NCBI GenBank assembly: GCA_021775255.1
Contig: JAJFIA010000009.1
Location: 68,772 to 132,771 of the forward strand
DNA: 64,000 nucleotides
Reading direction: 5' to 3'
Source: Roseovarius sp.
Lineage (GTDB): Bacteria > Pseudomonadota > Alphaproteobacteria > Rhodobacterales > Rhodobacteraceae
The position numbers were made by a program, and so were the translations under genes. Each line of letters starts with the position of its first letter. The stretch's first letter is position 1. Shown here one piece after another: positions 1-10,945 of the stretch. The notes below the pieces were generated by a model that did not search any database, was not told where the DNA came from, and worked only from the letters and a program-made list of their open reading frames with translations.

Positions 1-1332
1 ATCCAGATGATCGCGGCCTATGACGACCGGCGCGGATAGCTCACCACTGCGCACCATCTCGTTGAACGCAAGGCCCAGCTTGTGCCGCACCCCAAGCCCG
101 ACCCAGCAAATCCTTGCGGGCAGCCCCTGAAACGCAATCCTCTCGCGCGCCATATCCAGCCAATTATGCAGATGCGCATCCTTCACCAGCTCTTTCACCT
201 TGGCATCGGTTTTATAAATATCCTCCGGATCACCCGATAAAGCGCACCAGCGAAACGGCCCAATGCCGCGACAAAACAACGGCCTGATATAGGCGGGCAC
301 AAAGCCGGGAAAGGCAAACGCCTCGGCCAGCCCTTCCTCAAGGGCCACCTGCCGGATGTTGTTGCCATAATCAAAGGTCGGCACGCCCATCTGGTGAAAT
401 TCAACCATTGCCGCTACATGTGTGCGCATCGCCGCCCGCGCGGCTTTTTCAACCGCCTTGGGATCACTTTCCTGCCGCGCCCGCCATTCCGCCACTGACC
501 AGCCTTGCGGTAGATAGCCATGAATGGGGTCATGCGCGCTGGTCTGATCGGTCACCATATCAGGCCGCACCCCGCGCTTTACCAGTTCCGGCACAACATC
601 CGCCGCGTTGCCAATCAGCGCCACGGATTTCGCCTCGCCCGCGTCCGTCCAGCGGGTGATCATCGCCAGCGCCGCGTCCAGATCATCGGTCTTTTCATCA
701 ACATAGCGCGTGCGCAGCCGGAAATCGGCGCGGCTCTCATCACACTCAACGGCCAGACAGCACGCCCCGGCCATGACCGCCGCCAAAGGCTGTGCGCCCC
801 CCATGCCGCCAAGGCCTGCAGTCAGAACCCAGCGGCCTGATAAATTGCCCTCATAATGCTGCCGCCCGGCCTCGACAAAGGTTTCATAGGTGCCCTGCAC
901 AATGCCCTGCGTGCCGATGTAAATCCAAGACCCCGCCGTCATCTGCCCGTACATCATCAGGCCCCGCTTATCGAGCGCATTGAAATGCTCCCATGTGGCC
1001 CAATGCGGCACCAGATTAGAATTGGCGATCAACACCCTCGGCGCATCCTTATGGGTCTGAAACACCCCCACAGGCTTGCCCGATTGCACCAGCAATGTCT
1101 CATCCTCTTCCAGCTCTTTCAGCGTACTCACGATCCGGTCAAAATCCTGCCATGTCCGCGCCGCCCGGCCAATACCGCCATAAACCACCAACTCATGCGG
1201 GTTTTCCGCCACATCGGGGTGCAGATTGTTCATCAGCATTCGCATCGGTGCCTCGGTAAGCCAGCTTTTGGCGGTGATCTCGGGGCCTGTAGGCGGATAG
1301 ACATCACGGGTATTATGGCGGGGATCGGTCAT
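1..1332 (-). CDS. hutU: Urocanate hydratase, 3' end runs off the window start (not in ORF track)
   Basis: Manual translation: starts [59 protein letters not shown]; later [22 protein letters not shown]...IGRDHLD; ATG overlaps hutG stop (ATGA). Confidence 0.95.
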   Translation of the reverse strand, partial: MTDPRHNTRDVYPPTGPEITAKSWLTEAPMRMLMNNLHPDVAENPHELVVYGGIGRAARTWQDFDRIVSTLKELEEDETLLVQSGKPVGVFQTHKDAPRVLIANSNLVPHWATWEHFNALDKRGLMMYGQMTAGSWIYIGTQGIVQGTYETFVEAGRQHYEGNLSGRWVLTAGLGGMGGAQPLAAVMAGACCLAVECDESRADFRLRTRYVDEKTDDLDAALAMITRWTDAGEAKSVALIGNAADVVPELVKRGVRPDMVTDQTSAHDPIHGYLPQGWSVAEWRARQESDPKAVEKAARAAMRTHVAAMVEFHQMGVPTFDYGNNIRQVALEEGLAEAFAFPGFVPAYIRPLFCRGIGPFRWCALSGDPEDIYKTDAKVKELVKDAHLHNWLDMARERIAFQGLPARICWVGLGVRHKLGLAFNEMVRSGELSAPVVIGRDHLD

Positions 1333-2126
1333 TTCAGTTCTCCTTCTCGGGCGAGCCTGTCAAGGCGGCCCAACAGATCTTTCAAATGTATTCGTATCGC
1401 CTCAGCGCGCGGTGCATCATAGGCCCAGGGTGGGGCTTCAGAGTTATAAGTCGATTGCGCCAGCTCCATCTGAATGGCGTGATAGCCCTCACCGGGCCGG
1501 CCATAATGCCGCGTCGTCCAGCCGCCCCTGAAACGGCCATTGGTCACGCAGGAATAGCCCTCAGCGGCGCGGCAAACCGCCTCAACCGCCTGGGTTATTT
1601 CCGGCGCACAGGTCTGGCCTTGATTATCGCCGATATTGAAATCCGGCAGGGTGCCCTCAAACAAAAACGGGATGTTTGAGCGGATCGAGTGGCAATCATA
1701 CAGCACCGCAACCCCATGCAGGTTTTTCACCCGCTCAAGCTCGGCCTGCAACGCCGCATGATAGGGCGCGTGATACGCCTGCCTGCGGGCCTCAATCTCG
1801 GCCTCATCGGGCGGCACATCCCAGATATCCAGCCCGTCAAAATCGGTCAAAGGCACCAGATGGGTGGTGTTCTGACCCGGATAAAGGCTCGCCCCCGAGG
1901 GATCGCGATTGGCATCAATCACATAGCGGTGAAACATGGCCCTCACCACAGTGGTGCCGGGCTGAAGCCCGGCATACAGACGCTCGATATGCCAGTCGGT
2001 ATCCGACAGCTCCCGGCCCCTGTCATTGAGCGCCGCGCGCACCGCCTCGGGCAGCCATGTCCCGGTATGCGGCATTCCCAGAACCACCGGGCCAGTGCCG
2101 CGCATGATCTCGACCGGCACCGTCAC
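1329..2126 (-). CDS. hutG: N-formylglutamate deformylase
   Basis: [46 protein letters not shown] motifs; hut operon context. Confidence 0.93.
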   Translation of the reverse strand: MTVPVEIMRGTGPVVLGMPHTGTWLPEAVRAALNDRGRELSDTDWHIERLYAGLQPGTTVVRAMFHRYVIDANRDPSGASLYPGQNTTHLVPLTDFDGLDIWDVPPDEAEIEARRQAYHAPYHAALQAELERVKNLHGVAVLYDCHSIRSNIPFLFEGTLPDFNIGDNQGQTCAPEITQAVEAVCRAAEGYSCVTNGRFRGGWTTRHYGRPGEGYHAIQMELAQSTYNSEAPPWAYDAPRAEAIRIHLKDLLGRLDRLAREGELK

Positions 2127-3649
2127 AGGCCCATCTCCATGCCGGAAGCCGCCACCAGATCACCGGCACGGATCAGCCCCGCCGCCGCCTCAAGATCGGG
2201 CGCAAGATAGCGGTCGGTTTTCAGCGCCGGGATATCCGCCCTGAGCCGCGCCACCACCGCCTGCAACGCGGGGCTTGTCATCAGCGGCGCACGAAATCCG
2301 ATGCCTTGCGCCGCGCAAATCGCCTCAACCCCCAATATCACATTGAGATTCCGGTTCATCCGTTCCAGCCGCCTTGCCGCATAAGCGCTCATGCTCACAT
2401 GATCCTCCTGATTGGCCGATGTGGGCGTGCTGTCAATCGTGCAAGGATTGGCTAAATGCTTGTTTTCGCTCATCAAAGCCGCCGTTGTCACCTCGGCAAT
2501 CATCAGCCCCGAATTCAGCCCCGGATCAGGCGTAAGAAACGGCGGCAGATCAAAACTCAGCGTCGGGTCGACCATCAAGGCCACCCGCCTTTGCGCAATC
2601 GCGCCTATTTCCGACACCGCCATCGCGATCTGATCGGCGGCAAACCCCACCGGCTCGCCGTGGAAATTTCCGCCCGAAACAATCCGGCCTTCCCCCACCA
2701 GTACCAGCGGATTATCCGTCACCGCGTTGGCCTCGATCTCCAGCACCTGCGCCGCCTGCCTGAGCAGCCCGATTGCCGCCCCCGTCACCTGCGCCTGACA
2801 GCGGATGCAATAGGGATCCTGCACCCGCGTATCGCCCTCGCGGTGGCTTTCCCTGATCTCAGAGCCTTCCATCAGCTCGCGCTGCGCCCGTGCCGCCTCG
2901 ATCTGCCCTGAATGCCCCCTCAGCGCATGAATTTCCGCCACTAAGGGCGCGGTTGAGCCCATGATCGCATCGGTCGAGAGCGCCGCCGTCACAATGCAGG
3001 CCTGCGCATTGCGCCACGCCCCCCACAGCCCCGCCAGCGCGCAGGCGGTGGAAAACTGCGTGCCATTGATCAGCGCCAGCCCCTCTTTTGGCCCCAGCAC
3101 GACCGGCTCAAGCCCCGCTTGCTTCAACGCCGCGCCGCCCGCCAGCCGCGCGCCCTGATAAACTGCCTCGCCCTCGCCGATCATCACCGCCGCCATATGC
3201 GCCAGCGGAGCCAGATCCCCCGAGGCCCCCACCGATCCCTGATCCGGCACCACCGGCATCACGCCCCTGTCCAGCATCCCTTCGATCAGCGCCACAGTGG
3301 CCCATTTGACACCTGACGCGCCGCGCCCAAGCGACAAAAGCTTCAGCACCATCATCAGCCGGGTGGTGGCCGCATCCAGCGGCTCGCCCACACCGCAGCA
3401 ATGCGACAGGATCAGGTTGCGCTGCAACGCTTCGGTCTGATCCGCAGGAATCTTGACACTCGCAAGCTTGCCAAAGCCGGTATTGACCCCGTAAACCGCC
3501 GCCTCGCCCTGCGCCGCCTGCTGCACCAGCCGTTCCGCCGCCTCAACTCCGGGCCTTGCCGCCCGGTCCAGCGTCGCCGCCAGCCCCTCGCGCCAGATCG
3601 CTTCCAATGTGGCCAACCCGGTCTTGCCCGGCTGCAAAACCATGCTCAT
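2123..3649 (-). CDS. hutH: Histidine ammonia-lyase
   Basis: [19 protein letters not shown] (MIO-forming ASG), [16 protein letters not shown]. Confidence 0.96.
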   Translation of the reverse strand: MSMVLQPGKTGLATLEAIWREGLAATLDRAARPGVEAAERLVQQAAQGEAAVYGVNTGFGKLASVKIPADQTEALQRNLILSHCCGVGEPLDAATTRLMMVLKLLSLGRGASGVKWATVALIEGMLDRGVMPVVPDQGSVGASGDLAPLAHMAAVMIGEGEAVYQGARLAGGAALKQAGLEPVVLGPKEGLALINGTQFSTACALAGLWGAWRNAQACIVTAALSTDAIMGSTAPLVAEIHALRGHSGQIEAARAQRELMEGSEIRESHREGDTRVQDPYCIRCQAQVTGAAIGLLRQAAQVLEIEANAVTDNPLVLVGEGRIVSGGNFHGEPVGFAADQIAMAVSEIGAIAQRRVALMVDPTLSFDLPPFLTPDPGLNSGLMIAEVTTAALMSENKHLANPCTIDSTPTSANQEDHVSMSAYAARRLERMNRNLNVILGVEAICAAQGIGFRAPLMTSPALQAVVARLRADIPALKTDRYLAPDLEAAAGLIRAGDLVAASGMEMGL

Positions 3650-4821
3650 GCCTCACCCCCGAATATCCGCCGGTAAAGCGGGTTGAACCCGATGCGATAC
3701 GACAGCTCCGCCGGATGCGCCACATCCCAAACCGCCAGATCGGCGCGCTTTCCGGCTTCAATCACGCCGGTATCTTTCAGCCCCAAAGCACGCGCCGCAA
3801 GGCATGTGACCCCGGCCAACGCCTCCTCCGGCGTCAGGCGAAACAGCGTGCAGCCCATGTTCATCGTCAACAATAATGACGCGAGCGGCGATGATCCCGG
3901 ATTGCAATCCGTGGCCAAAGCCAGCGGCACCATATGATCCCGAAACGCCTGCACCGGTGGCGCCTGGGTCTCGTGCAGGGTATAAAACGCCCCCGGCAGC
4001 AGGACGGCCACACTTCCCGCATCCGCCAGCGCCTTGGCATCCGCCGCATCGGCATATTCCACATGATCCGCCGACAACGCGCCATATTGCGCCGCCAGCC
4101 TGGTGCCGCCAATATTCGAGAGCTGCTCGGCATGCAATTTCACCGGCAATCCAAGCGTTTTCGCGCGTTGAAAAACCCGCTCAATCTGCGCGGTATCAAA
4201 CGCAATCCCCTCACAAAACCCATCGACCGCATCCACCAGCCCCTCGGCGGCGGCAGCCTCCAGCGCGGGCAGACACACCTCATCAATATAGGCATCCGCC
4301 CGGCCCTGATACTCGCCCGGCACCGCATGCGCCCCCAAAAATGAGGTTCGCACCCTTACCCGCCGCTCCCCTTCAATCGCGCGTGCCACACGCAGCATCT
4401 TCAGCTCGGTTTCCCGGTCCAGCCCATAGCCCGATTTCACCTCGATCGCCGACACGCCCTCACGGATCAATGCATCCACGCGCGTCAAAGCCCCCGCCAG
4501 CAGTTCTGCCTCCGACGCCGCCCGCGTGGCCGTCACGGTTGAGACAATCCCGCCGCCCGCGCGCGCCACCTCTTCGTAACTCGCCCCCTTCAGGCGCATC
4601 TCAAATTCCGCCGCCCGATTGCCGCCAAATACCACATGGGTATGGCAATCAATCAGCGCCGGCGTGATCAGCCGCCCGGCCATATCCTCACCACCCTCAG
4701 GCGCATCGGCCTCGGGCCCGGCCCATTTGATCAAGCCATCTTCGATCAGCACAGCCCCATGAAGCAGCCCATAAGGCGCCCCCGGCTGCATCGTGGCAAT
4801 AGTGGCATTTCGCAGCAACAT
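3646..4821 (-). CDS. hutI: Imidazolonepropionase
   Basis: [35 protein letters not shown]. Confidence 0.95.
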   Translation of the reverse strand: MLLRNATIATMQPGAPYGLLHGAVLIEDGLIKWAGPEADAPEGGEDMAGRLITPALIDCHTHVVFGGNRAAEFEMRLKGASYEEVARAGGGIVSTVTATRAASEAELLAGALTRVDALIREGVSAIEVKSGYGLDRETELKMLRVARAIEGERRVRVRTSFLGAHAVPGEYQGRADAYIDEVCLPALEAAAAEGLVDAVDGFCEGIAFDTAQIERVFQRAKTLGLPVKLHAEQLSNIGGTRLAAQYGALSADHVEYADAADAKALADAGSVAVLLPGAFYTLHETQAPPVQAFRDHMVPLALATDCNPGSSPLASLLLTMNMGCTLFRLTPEEALAGVTCLAARALGLKDTGVIEAGKRADLAVWDVAHPAELSYRIGFNPLYRRIFGGEA

Positions 4822-4854
4822 AGATCAGCCCTTGATTTTGAGGATTCGTTTGCA

Positions 4855-4876
4855 TTATTATGTCTATACATAATAA
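4855..4876. promoter_or_regulatory. Probable HutC operator
   Basis: Perfect palindrome TTATTATGT-CTAT-ACATAATAA with TGT-N4-ACA core in the short hutI/hutF divergent gap. Confidence 0.8.
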
Positions 4877-4899
4877 CCCCGTCAAGACAGGAAATCGCG

Positions 4900-6264
4900 A
4901 TGACAAAACTCTGGGCCCAACAGGCATTGCTCCCCTCCGGCTGGGCGCGTGATGTGCTTGTGGAGATCGGCGCGGATGGCCGCATTGCCGCCGTCACACC
5001 GGGTCAACCCGCCACAGGCCAGCGCCTCGGCATTCTTCTGCCCGCGCCGGTCAACGCCCACAGCCACGCCTTTCAGCGCGCCATGGCGGGCCTGACCGAG
5101 GCGCGCGGCCCCGACCCGTCCGATAGCTTCTGGACCTGGCGCAAACTGATGTACCGCTTCCTTGATAACCTGACCCCGGAGCAGGTCGAGGCCATCACAG
5201 CACTGGTTCAGATGGAAATGCTTGAGGCCGGTTACGCCACCAATGTTGAGTTTCACTACCTGCATCACCAACCCGGCGGCGCGCCCTATGATGACCTTGC
5301 CGAGATGTCCAATCGCATCATTTCCGCTACGGATACCACCGGCATCGGCCTCACGCTTCTGCCGGTGCAATACCAATATGGCGGCTGTGACAGGCGCGCT
5401 CTGACAGCGGGCCAGATCCGTTTTGGCAATGATCCCGACCGCTTTGCCCGGCTTGCGGGTGCGGCCCGTACCGTGCTCAAATCCCTGCCCGCCGACGCCG
5501 GTTTCGGCATCGCCCCCCACAGCCTGCGCGCTGTGACCCCTGAGGCGATTGCGAACGCGCCAACCTTGGCCCATGGCGGCCCGGTCCACCTGCATCTGGC
5601 CGAGCAGATTGCCGAGGTTGAGGAAATTTACGCCGCCTATGGCCAGCGCCCGGTGGAATGGCTTCTAAGCCACGCCGACCTTACCCCAAACTGGTGCCTC
5701 ATTCACTGCACCCAGATGCAGCCGCATGAAACCACGGCGCTGGCCCGGACCGGCGCCATCGCAGGCCTCTGCCCGATCACCGAATCCAGCCTTGGCGACG
5801 GCATATTTGACGGTGTGCGCTGGATGAATGCCGCCGGGCGCATCACCATCGGCTCGGATTCCAACATCCGCATCTCGCTTTCCGAAGAGCTGCGCACGCT
5901 CGATTATTCGCAACGCCTGCGCGACCATTCCCGCGCCGCCCTGGCCACGCCCGATCAATCCACCGGGCGGCGGCTTTATGATGCCATCTGTTCGGGCGGG
6001 GCACATGCCGCAGGCCGCGATACCGGCCAGATTGCACCGGGCAAATGGGCCGACCTCATGGCGCTTGATGCCGGTCATATCGACCTTGCGGATCAAACCG
6101 GCGATACCCTGCTTGATTGCTACATTTTCGCCGGGGATGACCGTATGATCCGCGATGTCTGGTCCGCCGGTCGTCACATGGTACAGGAGGGCCGCCACCG
6201 CCACCGCGACCAGATCACCGCCGCCTATGCCCGCGCCATGAAACCGCTGCGCGACGCCCTATGA
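4900..6264 (+). CDS. hutF: Formimidoylglutamate deiminase; start moved to MTKLW
   Basis: NAHSHAFQRAMAGL, EFHYLHH, APHSLRAV, HLHLAEQ, GSDSNIRI; ORF-track upstream extension overlaps hutI antisense. Confidence 0.93.
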   Translation: MTKLWAQQALLPSGWARDVLVEIGADGRIAAVTPGQPATGQRLGILLPAPVNAHSHAFQRAMAGLTEARGPDPSDSFWTWRKLMYRFLDNLTPEQVEAITALVQMEMLEAGYATNVEFHYLHHQPGGAPYDDLAEMSNRIISATDTTGIGLTLLPVQYQYGGCDRRALTAGQIRFGNDPDRFARLAGAARTVLKSLPADAGFGIAPHSLRAVTPEAIANAPTLAHGGPVHLHLAEQIAEVEEIYAAYGQRPVEWLLSHADLTPNWCLIHCTQMQPHETTALARTGAIAGLCPITESSLGDGIFDGVRWMNAAGRITIGSDSNIRISLSEELRTLDYSQRLRDHSRAALATPDQSTGRRLYDAICSGGAHAAGRDTGQIAPGKWADLMALDAGHIDLADQTGDTLLDCYIFAGDDRMIRDVWSAGRHMVQEGRHRHRDQITAAYARAMKPLRDAL

Positions 6265-6965
6265 CCCAGCCACAAATAAACAACTGGCAAGCGATCCAGA
6301 ACGAGGTGCTGCGCCGCATCCACGCCCGCGAATGGCCCCCCGGTCAGGTGATCCCCAATGAGGTGGATCTGGCCGCTGAATTCGGTTGCGCCCGCGCCAC
6401 CATGAACCGCGCCCTGCGGGCTTTGGCCGATGCCGGAATGCTTGAACGCCGCCGCAAGGCCGGTACCCGCGTGGCCCTGCACCCGGTCAGTCGTGCCACC
6501 CTCGATATCCCTGTCATCCGCCAGGAAATCGAGGATCGCGGGCTAAAATATTCCTACAACCTGATTGCCCGCAACACCGCCACGCCCCTGGCCAGCCTTG
6601 GACCCGCGCAAAAGGCTTTGCATGTCACCGCGCTGCACTGCGCCAATGCCGCGCCCTACGCCTATGAAGACCGCTGGATCAACTTGAGTACCTTGCCCGA
6701 GGCCGCAAATCAGCCCTTCACCGTGATCAACGCCAATGAATGGCTTTTGATGCACGCGCCCTTCACCCATGGCGATATCCGTTTCAGTTGCATGGCCGTT
6801 CCCGCAGCGCACGCCAAACGGCTCGGCACCACGCCCGGCACGCCGGTTTTTGTCACCCAACGCACCACATGGGATCACGCGCGCACCATCACCTCGGTCC
6901 GGCTCATCTTCGCGCCGGGATATTCGATCCACACCACCATCGGCAGCCCGCCTTTGGCCGATTAG
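6261..6965 (+). CDS. hutC: GntR/UTRA histidine utilisation repressor
   Basis: N-terminal GntR HTH (IPNEVDLAAEFGCARATMNRAL), UTRA-like C-terminus; coupled to hutF. Confidence 0.85.
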   Translation: MTQPQINNWQAIQNEVLRRIHAREWPPGQVIPNEVDLAAEFGCARATMNRALRALADAGMLERRRKAGTRVALHPVSRATLDIPVIRQEIEDRGLKYSYNLIARNTATPLASLGPAQKALHVTALHCANAAPYAYEDRWINLSTLPEAANQPFTVINANEWLLMHAPFTHGDIRFSCMAVPAAHAKRLGTTPGTPVFVTQRTTWDHARTITSVRLIFAPGYSIHTTIGSPPLAD

Positions 6966-7046
6966 TCTGATTTTTAATGTTATTTCGACGGTCCTGTACA
7001 AAACCCACGTACAAATTGTACTAGTTGTACAACATTTTGCCCCGGC

Positions 7047-7901
7047 TTACCCCTTGTCGCGCATCAGCGCCTTCAGACCGTCGCGATAGGTGGGATAGCG
7101 CAGGGTAATGCTCAATTCCCGCAGCATCCGGTCATTGCGTACCCGTTTTGATTCCGCATAAAAGCTTCGCGCCATGGGGGTTAAGTCTGCGGATCCAAAG
7201 GGAATATCCGGCGGCACCTTGATCCCCAAAAGCTCAGCCGCGTGGCCAATCACATCCTGTGGCGGGGCCGGGTCATTGTCGCAGACATTGTAAACCGCGC
7301 CGGGGTTGGGCTGCGCCATTGATGCTGCCAAAACCTGCGCGATATCCTCCACATGAATTCTGCTAAATACCTGATTTTCTTTGATTATCCTGCGCGCCTT
7401 GCCTTGGCGCAGCTTCTCAAACGGCCCGCGCCCGGGGCCATAGATCCCGGCCAGCCGGAAAATATGCAAAGGCAGGCAACCCATTGATTTCCATTGATTT
7501 TCTGCCTCTACGCGCAATTTCCCGCGTTTGGTTGAGGGCGTCAGCGGAGTGCTTTCATCCACCCACCCGCCTTGATGATCGCCATAAACCCCGGTGGTCG
7601 AAAGATACCCAACCCAGTCCAGCCCCTTGGCCATCTCCTTGATTTGGCTCTCATATTCATGCAAAACCGGATCGCCATCCGCATCCGGCGCGGTTGAAAT
7701 CAGGATATGCGAGGCCTGCGAAAATGCGTTCTCGGGCATCCCCTCAGACCACAAAACAGGAACGATGCCACTTTCCTCTAATCCCCTGAAATCACTTTGA
7801 TTTCTGGTCGTCCCATAGATCGTCCAGCCCTCAGGCAACAGCAATTTTGCCAGCGCCTGCGCGGTATAGCCATGCCCAAAGGATAAAAGCGTTTTACTCA
7901 T
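7047..7901 (-). CDS. NAD(P)-dependent epimerase/dehydratase (extended SDR)
   Basis: FGHGYTA, YLSTTGVYGD, RLAGIYGPGR, HVEDIA. Confidence 0.85.
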   Translation of the reverse strand: MSKTLLSFGHGYTAQALAKLLLPEGWTIYGTTRNQSDFRGLEESGIVPVLWSEGMPENAFSQASHILISTAPDADGDPVLHEYESQIKEMAKGLDWVGYLSTTGVYGDHQGGWVDESTPLTPSTKRGKLRVEAENQWKSMGCLPLHIFRLAGIYGPGRGPFEKLRQGKARRIIKENQVFSRIHVEDIAQVLAASMAQPNPGAVYNVCDNDPAPPQDVIGHAAELLGIKVPPDIPFGSADLTPMARSFYAESKRVRNDRMLRELSITLRYPTYRDGLKALMRDKG

Positions 7902-7943
7902 GACATCTCAACAACACACAAGCCTTTGCAAATGCTCAATAAA

Positions 7944-8699
7944 TCACGTTGCATAATCGGATTTTTCCGCGTCCAAAATCGCCTTCAGCTCGGCCAGATG
8001 GCGCTCGGATTGCCCAGGGTATTCTTCAATTTCCTGTGCTGTCTTCTCGGCAATCTCATCCGAAATCATCCGCAATTCCTGCCCGGTCCACAGCGCCTTG
8101 ATGTAGGTTTCACAGGCGCGTTCAAAATAATAAAGCCGGTTGAAAGCGTCAGCCACCGTGCTGCCAGTCACCATAACCCCGTGATTTCCCATCACTAAAA
8201 CGGTTTTTTTAGGGTCACTCAGATTACTGCAACAGCGCTCGGCCTCCTCCTCGAACGCCAACCCGCCAAAATGATCATCCACCGCGACACGATTGAAAAA
8301 CGTCGCGGTGTTCTGATCAATCGGCGGCAAGGTGGAATCCGCGAGGCTTGCCAGAACCGTGGCATAGATCGAATGCACATGCAGCGCACAGCGGGCATGC
8401 GGGCACAACCGGTGCACCGCGCCGTGCAGGCCCCAGGCGGTTGGATCCGGCGAGTTCGGGCCTTCCAGCGTCTTGGGATCATTGGCATCCAACAACAACA
8501 GGTCCGAGGCTTTGATACGGCTGAAATGCACCTGATTGGGGTTCATCAGAAATTCTGTGCCATCGTCATTCACCGCCAGTGAGAAATGATTGGCAACCGC
8601 CTCATGCATGTTCAGCCGCGCGGTCCAGCGGAATGCGGCGGCCATATCAACCCGCTCGGGCCAGTGGTCGATATTGCTATGTAATCTGGTGACGGGCAT
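7944..8699 (-). CDS. Class II aldolase/adducin-family protein
   Basis: NHFS, LHVHSIY, MGNHGV Zn-binding motifs. Confidence 0.85.
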   Translation of the reverse strand: MPVTRLHSNIDHWPERVDMAAAFRWTARLNMHEAVANHFSLAVNDDGTEFLMNPNQVHFSRIKASDLLLLDANDPKTLEGPNSPDPTAWGLHGAVHRLCPHARCALHVHSIYATVLASLADSTLPPIDQNTATFFNRVAVDDHFGGLAFEEEAERCCSNLSDPKKTVLVMGNHGVMVTGSTVADAFNRLYYFERACETYIKALWTGQELRMISDEIAEKTAQEIEEYPGQSERHLAELKAILDAEKSDYAT

Positions 8700-8971
8700 G
8701 GCTCATTCTCCCTTATGGTTATGGATAGGGTGCCTCAGATGGCCATGGCACACTATCCCAAAAACGTCATGTTATAACGGCTGCAACGCCACCTTGGCAG
8801 GCACATCACGCAGCAGAACATTCAACCCTAGCCCACTCGGCAAAGCGGCAAAATCTGCGGCTTTTCAGGGTTTAATAATCCATTCGCTCCCCCCCGGTCA
8901 TGCAGCAGCTTGATCCTGCCCCTGAGCCATGTCAACCTGTGCCAGGACTGTTGCAAACCCAAGGATGGCGC

Positions 8972-10456
8972 ATGACCCTGAATTCCCGCAGTAAAAGCGT
9001 GGTCACACCCAAAGCGGTACCGCCTGAAAACTTTACCGATGCAAGGGCGGCCGTGGATCGGCTGGTGCAGATATATGAGACATCAACCCGCTTTTTATGT
9101 ATGGAATTCGGCAAGGCCATGCAGGGCGATATCCCCGATACACGCATCCGCGCCTTTTACCCTGAAATCAGGATCACCACCACCAGTTTTGCCAAGGTCG
9201 ATAGCCGCCTGAGCTTTGGCCATGTCTCGGCTCCGGGCACTCATGCGGCCTCCATCACCCGCCCTGATTTATTTCGTAACTATCTGGAACAACAGATAAA
9301 ACTTTTACTTGGCAATCATGGCGTACCGGTCTGTATCGGGGTTTCTGACACGCCAATACCGGTTCATTTTGCCGTTGCCAATGACGCCTCGCTAAGTGTC
9401 CCTCAAAGCGGGGCAGCGGATTTTATCTTGCGCGATCTGTTTGATGTGCCCGATCTGAGCACCACCAATGATCATATTGTCAATGGCACCCACAAACCCG
9501 CGCCCGACGGGGCCGAGCCATTGGCCCCCTTCACCGCGCAGCGGGTGGATTATTCGCTGGCACGGCTATCGCATTATACCGCCACCGATCCGGCACATTT
9601 TCAGACCCATGTTCTGTTTACCAACTACCAGTTCTATGTCTCGGAATTTGAGGCCTATGCGCGCAAGATGCTGGCCGATTCCGATAGCGGCTACAGCACA
9701 TTTGTCAGCACCGGCAATCGCGAGATCACCACCGCTGATGGCGTGATCGAGGCCGACGGGAACATTCCGCAAATGCCGGCCTACCACCTCAAGCGCAGCG
9801 ATGGATCGGGCATCACCCTTGTCAATATCGGTGTCGGGCCGTCAAATGCCAAAACCGCGACCGATCATATCGCCGTGCTGCGGCCGCATGCCTGGATCAT
9901 GGTGGGCCATTGCGCGGGCTTGCGTAATTCACAAACCCTGGGGGATTTCGTGCTGGCGCATGCGTATTTGCGCGAAGACGGCGTGCTTGACCCTGACCTG
10001 CCCGCATGGGTGCCGGTGCCTGCGCTGGCGGAAATTCAGATCGCACTGGAACAGGCGGTCGCCGAGGTGACACAGCTTGAAGGGTTTGATCTCAAGCGGG
10101 TGATGCGCACCGGCACCGTGGCCAGTTTTGATGACCGCAACTGGGAACTGCGTGATCAATCCGGCCCGGTGCAACGGCTGAGCCAATCACGCGCCATTGC
10201 TCTGGACATGGAAAGCGCCACCATTGCTGCCAACGGGTTTCGCTTTCGCGTACCTTACGGCACGTTGCTATGTGTCTCGGACAAACCGCTGCACGGCGAG
10301 CTGAAACTGCCCGGCATGGCCAGTGACTTCTACAATGAGCAGGTTTCACGCCATCTGATGATCGGAATCACGGCAATGGAGACCCTGCGCAAAATGCCGC
10401 TGGAACGCATTCATAGCCGGAAATTGCGCTCTTTTGCCGAGACGGCCTTCCTCTGA
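8972..10456 (+). CDS. amn: AMP nucleosidase
   Basis: FTNYQFYV, QMPAYHL, NIGVGPSNAKTATDH, DMESATIAANGFRFRVPYGTLLCVSDKPLHGE. Confidence 0.93.
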   Translation: MTLNSRSKSVVTPKAVPPENFTDARAAVDRLVQIYETSTRFLCMEFGKAMQGDIPDTRIRAFYPEIRITTTSFAKVDSRLSFGHVSAPGTHAASITRPDLFRNYLEQQIKLLLGNHGVPVCIGVSDTPIPVHFAVANDASLSVPQSGAADFILRDLFDVPDLSTTNDHIVNGTHKPAPDGAEPLAPFTAQRVDYSLARLSHYTATDPAHFQTHVLFTNYQFYVSEFEAYARKMLADSDSGYSTFVSTGNREITTADGVIEADGNIPQMPAYHLKRSDGSGITLVNIGVGPSNAKTATDHIAVLRPHAWIMVGHCAGLRNSQTLGDFVLAHAYLREDGVLDPDLPAWVPVPALAEIQIALEQAVAEVTQLEGFDLKRVMRTGTVASFDDRNWELRDQSGPVQRLSQSRAIALDMESATIAANGFRFRVPYGTLLCVSDKPLHGELKLPGMASDFYNEQVSRHLMIGITAMETLRKMPLERIHSRKLRSFAETAFL

Positions 10457-10587
10457 TCGGGCAAAATCGGCAAAAAACACCCTAAAAACGCTTATTTTCA
10501 TATACTATTCGTTGTGTTTACCTACCACATAGCGTTAGATTACGCCCATGAGGCCCAATATCCGGGCAGATAAAGGAGACCATGATA

Positions 10588-10875
10588 ATGGCAAAACCAA
10601 TGACCAAAACTCAACTCGTGGCCGCTTTGGCCGATGAAATGGGCAGTGACAAGAAATCCGCCAACGATTGTCTGGATGCGGTGATTGCAATCATCACCCG
10701 CGAAGTTTCCGGCGGTGGCGCCGTGACATTGCCCGGCGTTGGCAAAATCTATTGCCGCGAGCGCCCCGAGCGCATGGTGCGTAACCCGGCCACAGGCGCA
10801 CAGATCCACAAGGACGCGGACAAGGTCGTCAAGATGACCATCGCCAAAGCGCTGAAAGACAGCGTGAACGCCTGA
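10588..10875 (+). CDS. HU family DNA-binding protein
   Basis: MTKTQLVAALA, VTLPGVGK, RMVRNPATG; GGAG RBS upstream. Confidence 0.93.
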   Translation: MAKPMTKTQLVAALADEMGSDKKSANDCLDAVIAIITREVSGGGAVTLPGVGKIYCRERPERMVRNPATGAQIHKDADKVVKMTIAKALKDSVNA

Positions 10876-10904
10876 TCCCCGGACTGGTATCGGTACAAGT
10901 TTTT

Positions 10905-10940
10905 AAGCCCCGCCCGCAGTGCTGTTGGCGGGGTTTTCTT
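10905..10940 (+). terminator. Intrinsic terminator after HU (possibly bidirectional)
   Basis: AAGCCCCGCC...GGCGGGGTTTTCTT hairpin plus T-run between convergent genes. Confidence 0.75.
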
Positions 10941-10945
10941 ATGCC

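Noticed and set aside
856-1422. Plus-strand ORFs over 195-1422
   Set aside because: Antisense shadows of hutU, which the ORF track missed because its stop lies outside the window.
4636-4899. 88-aa N-terminal extension of hutF
   Set aside because: Overlaps hutI antisense and the HutC operator; RBS and similarity begin at 4900.
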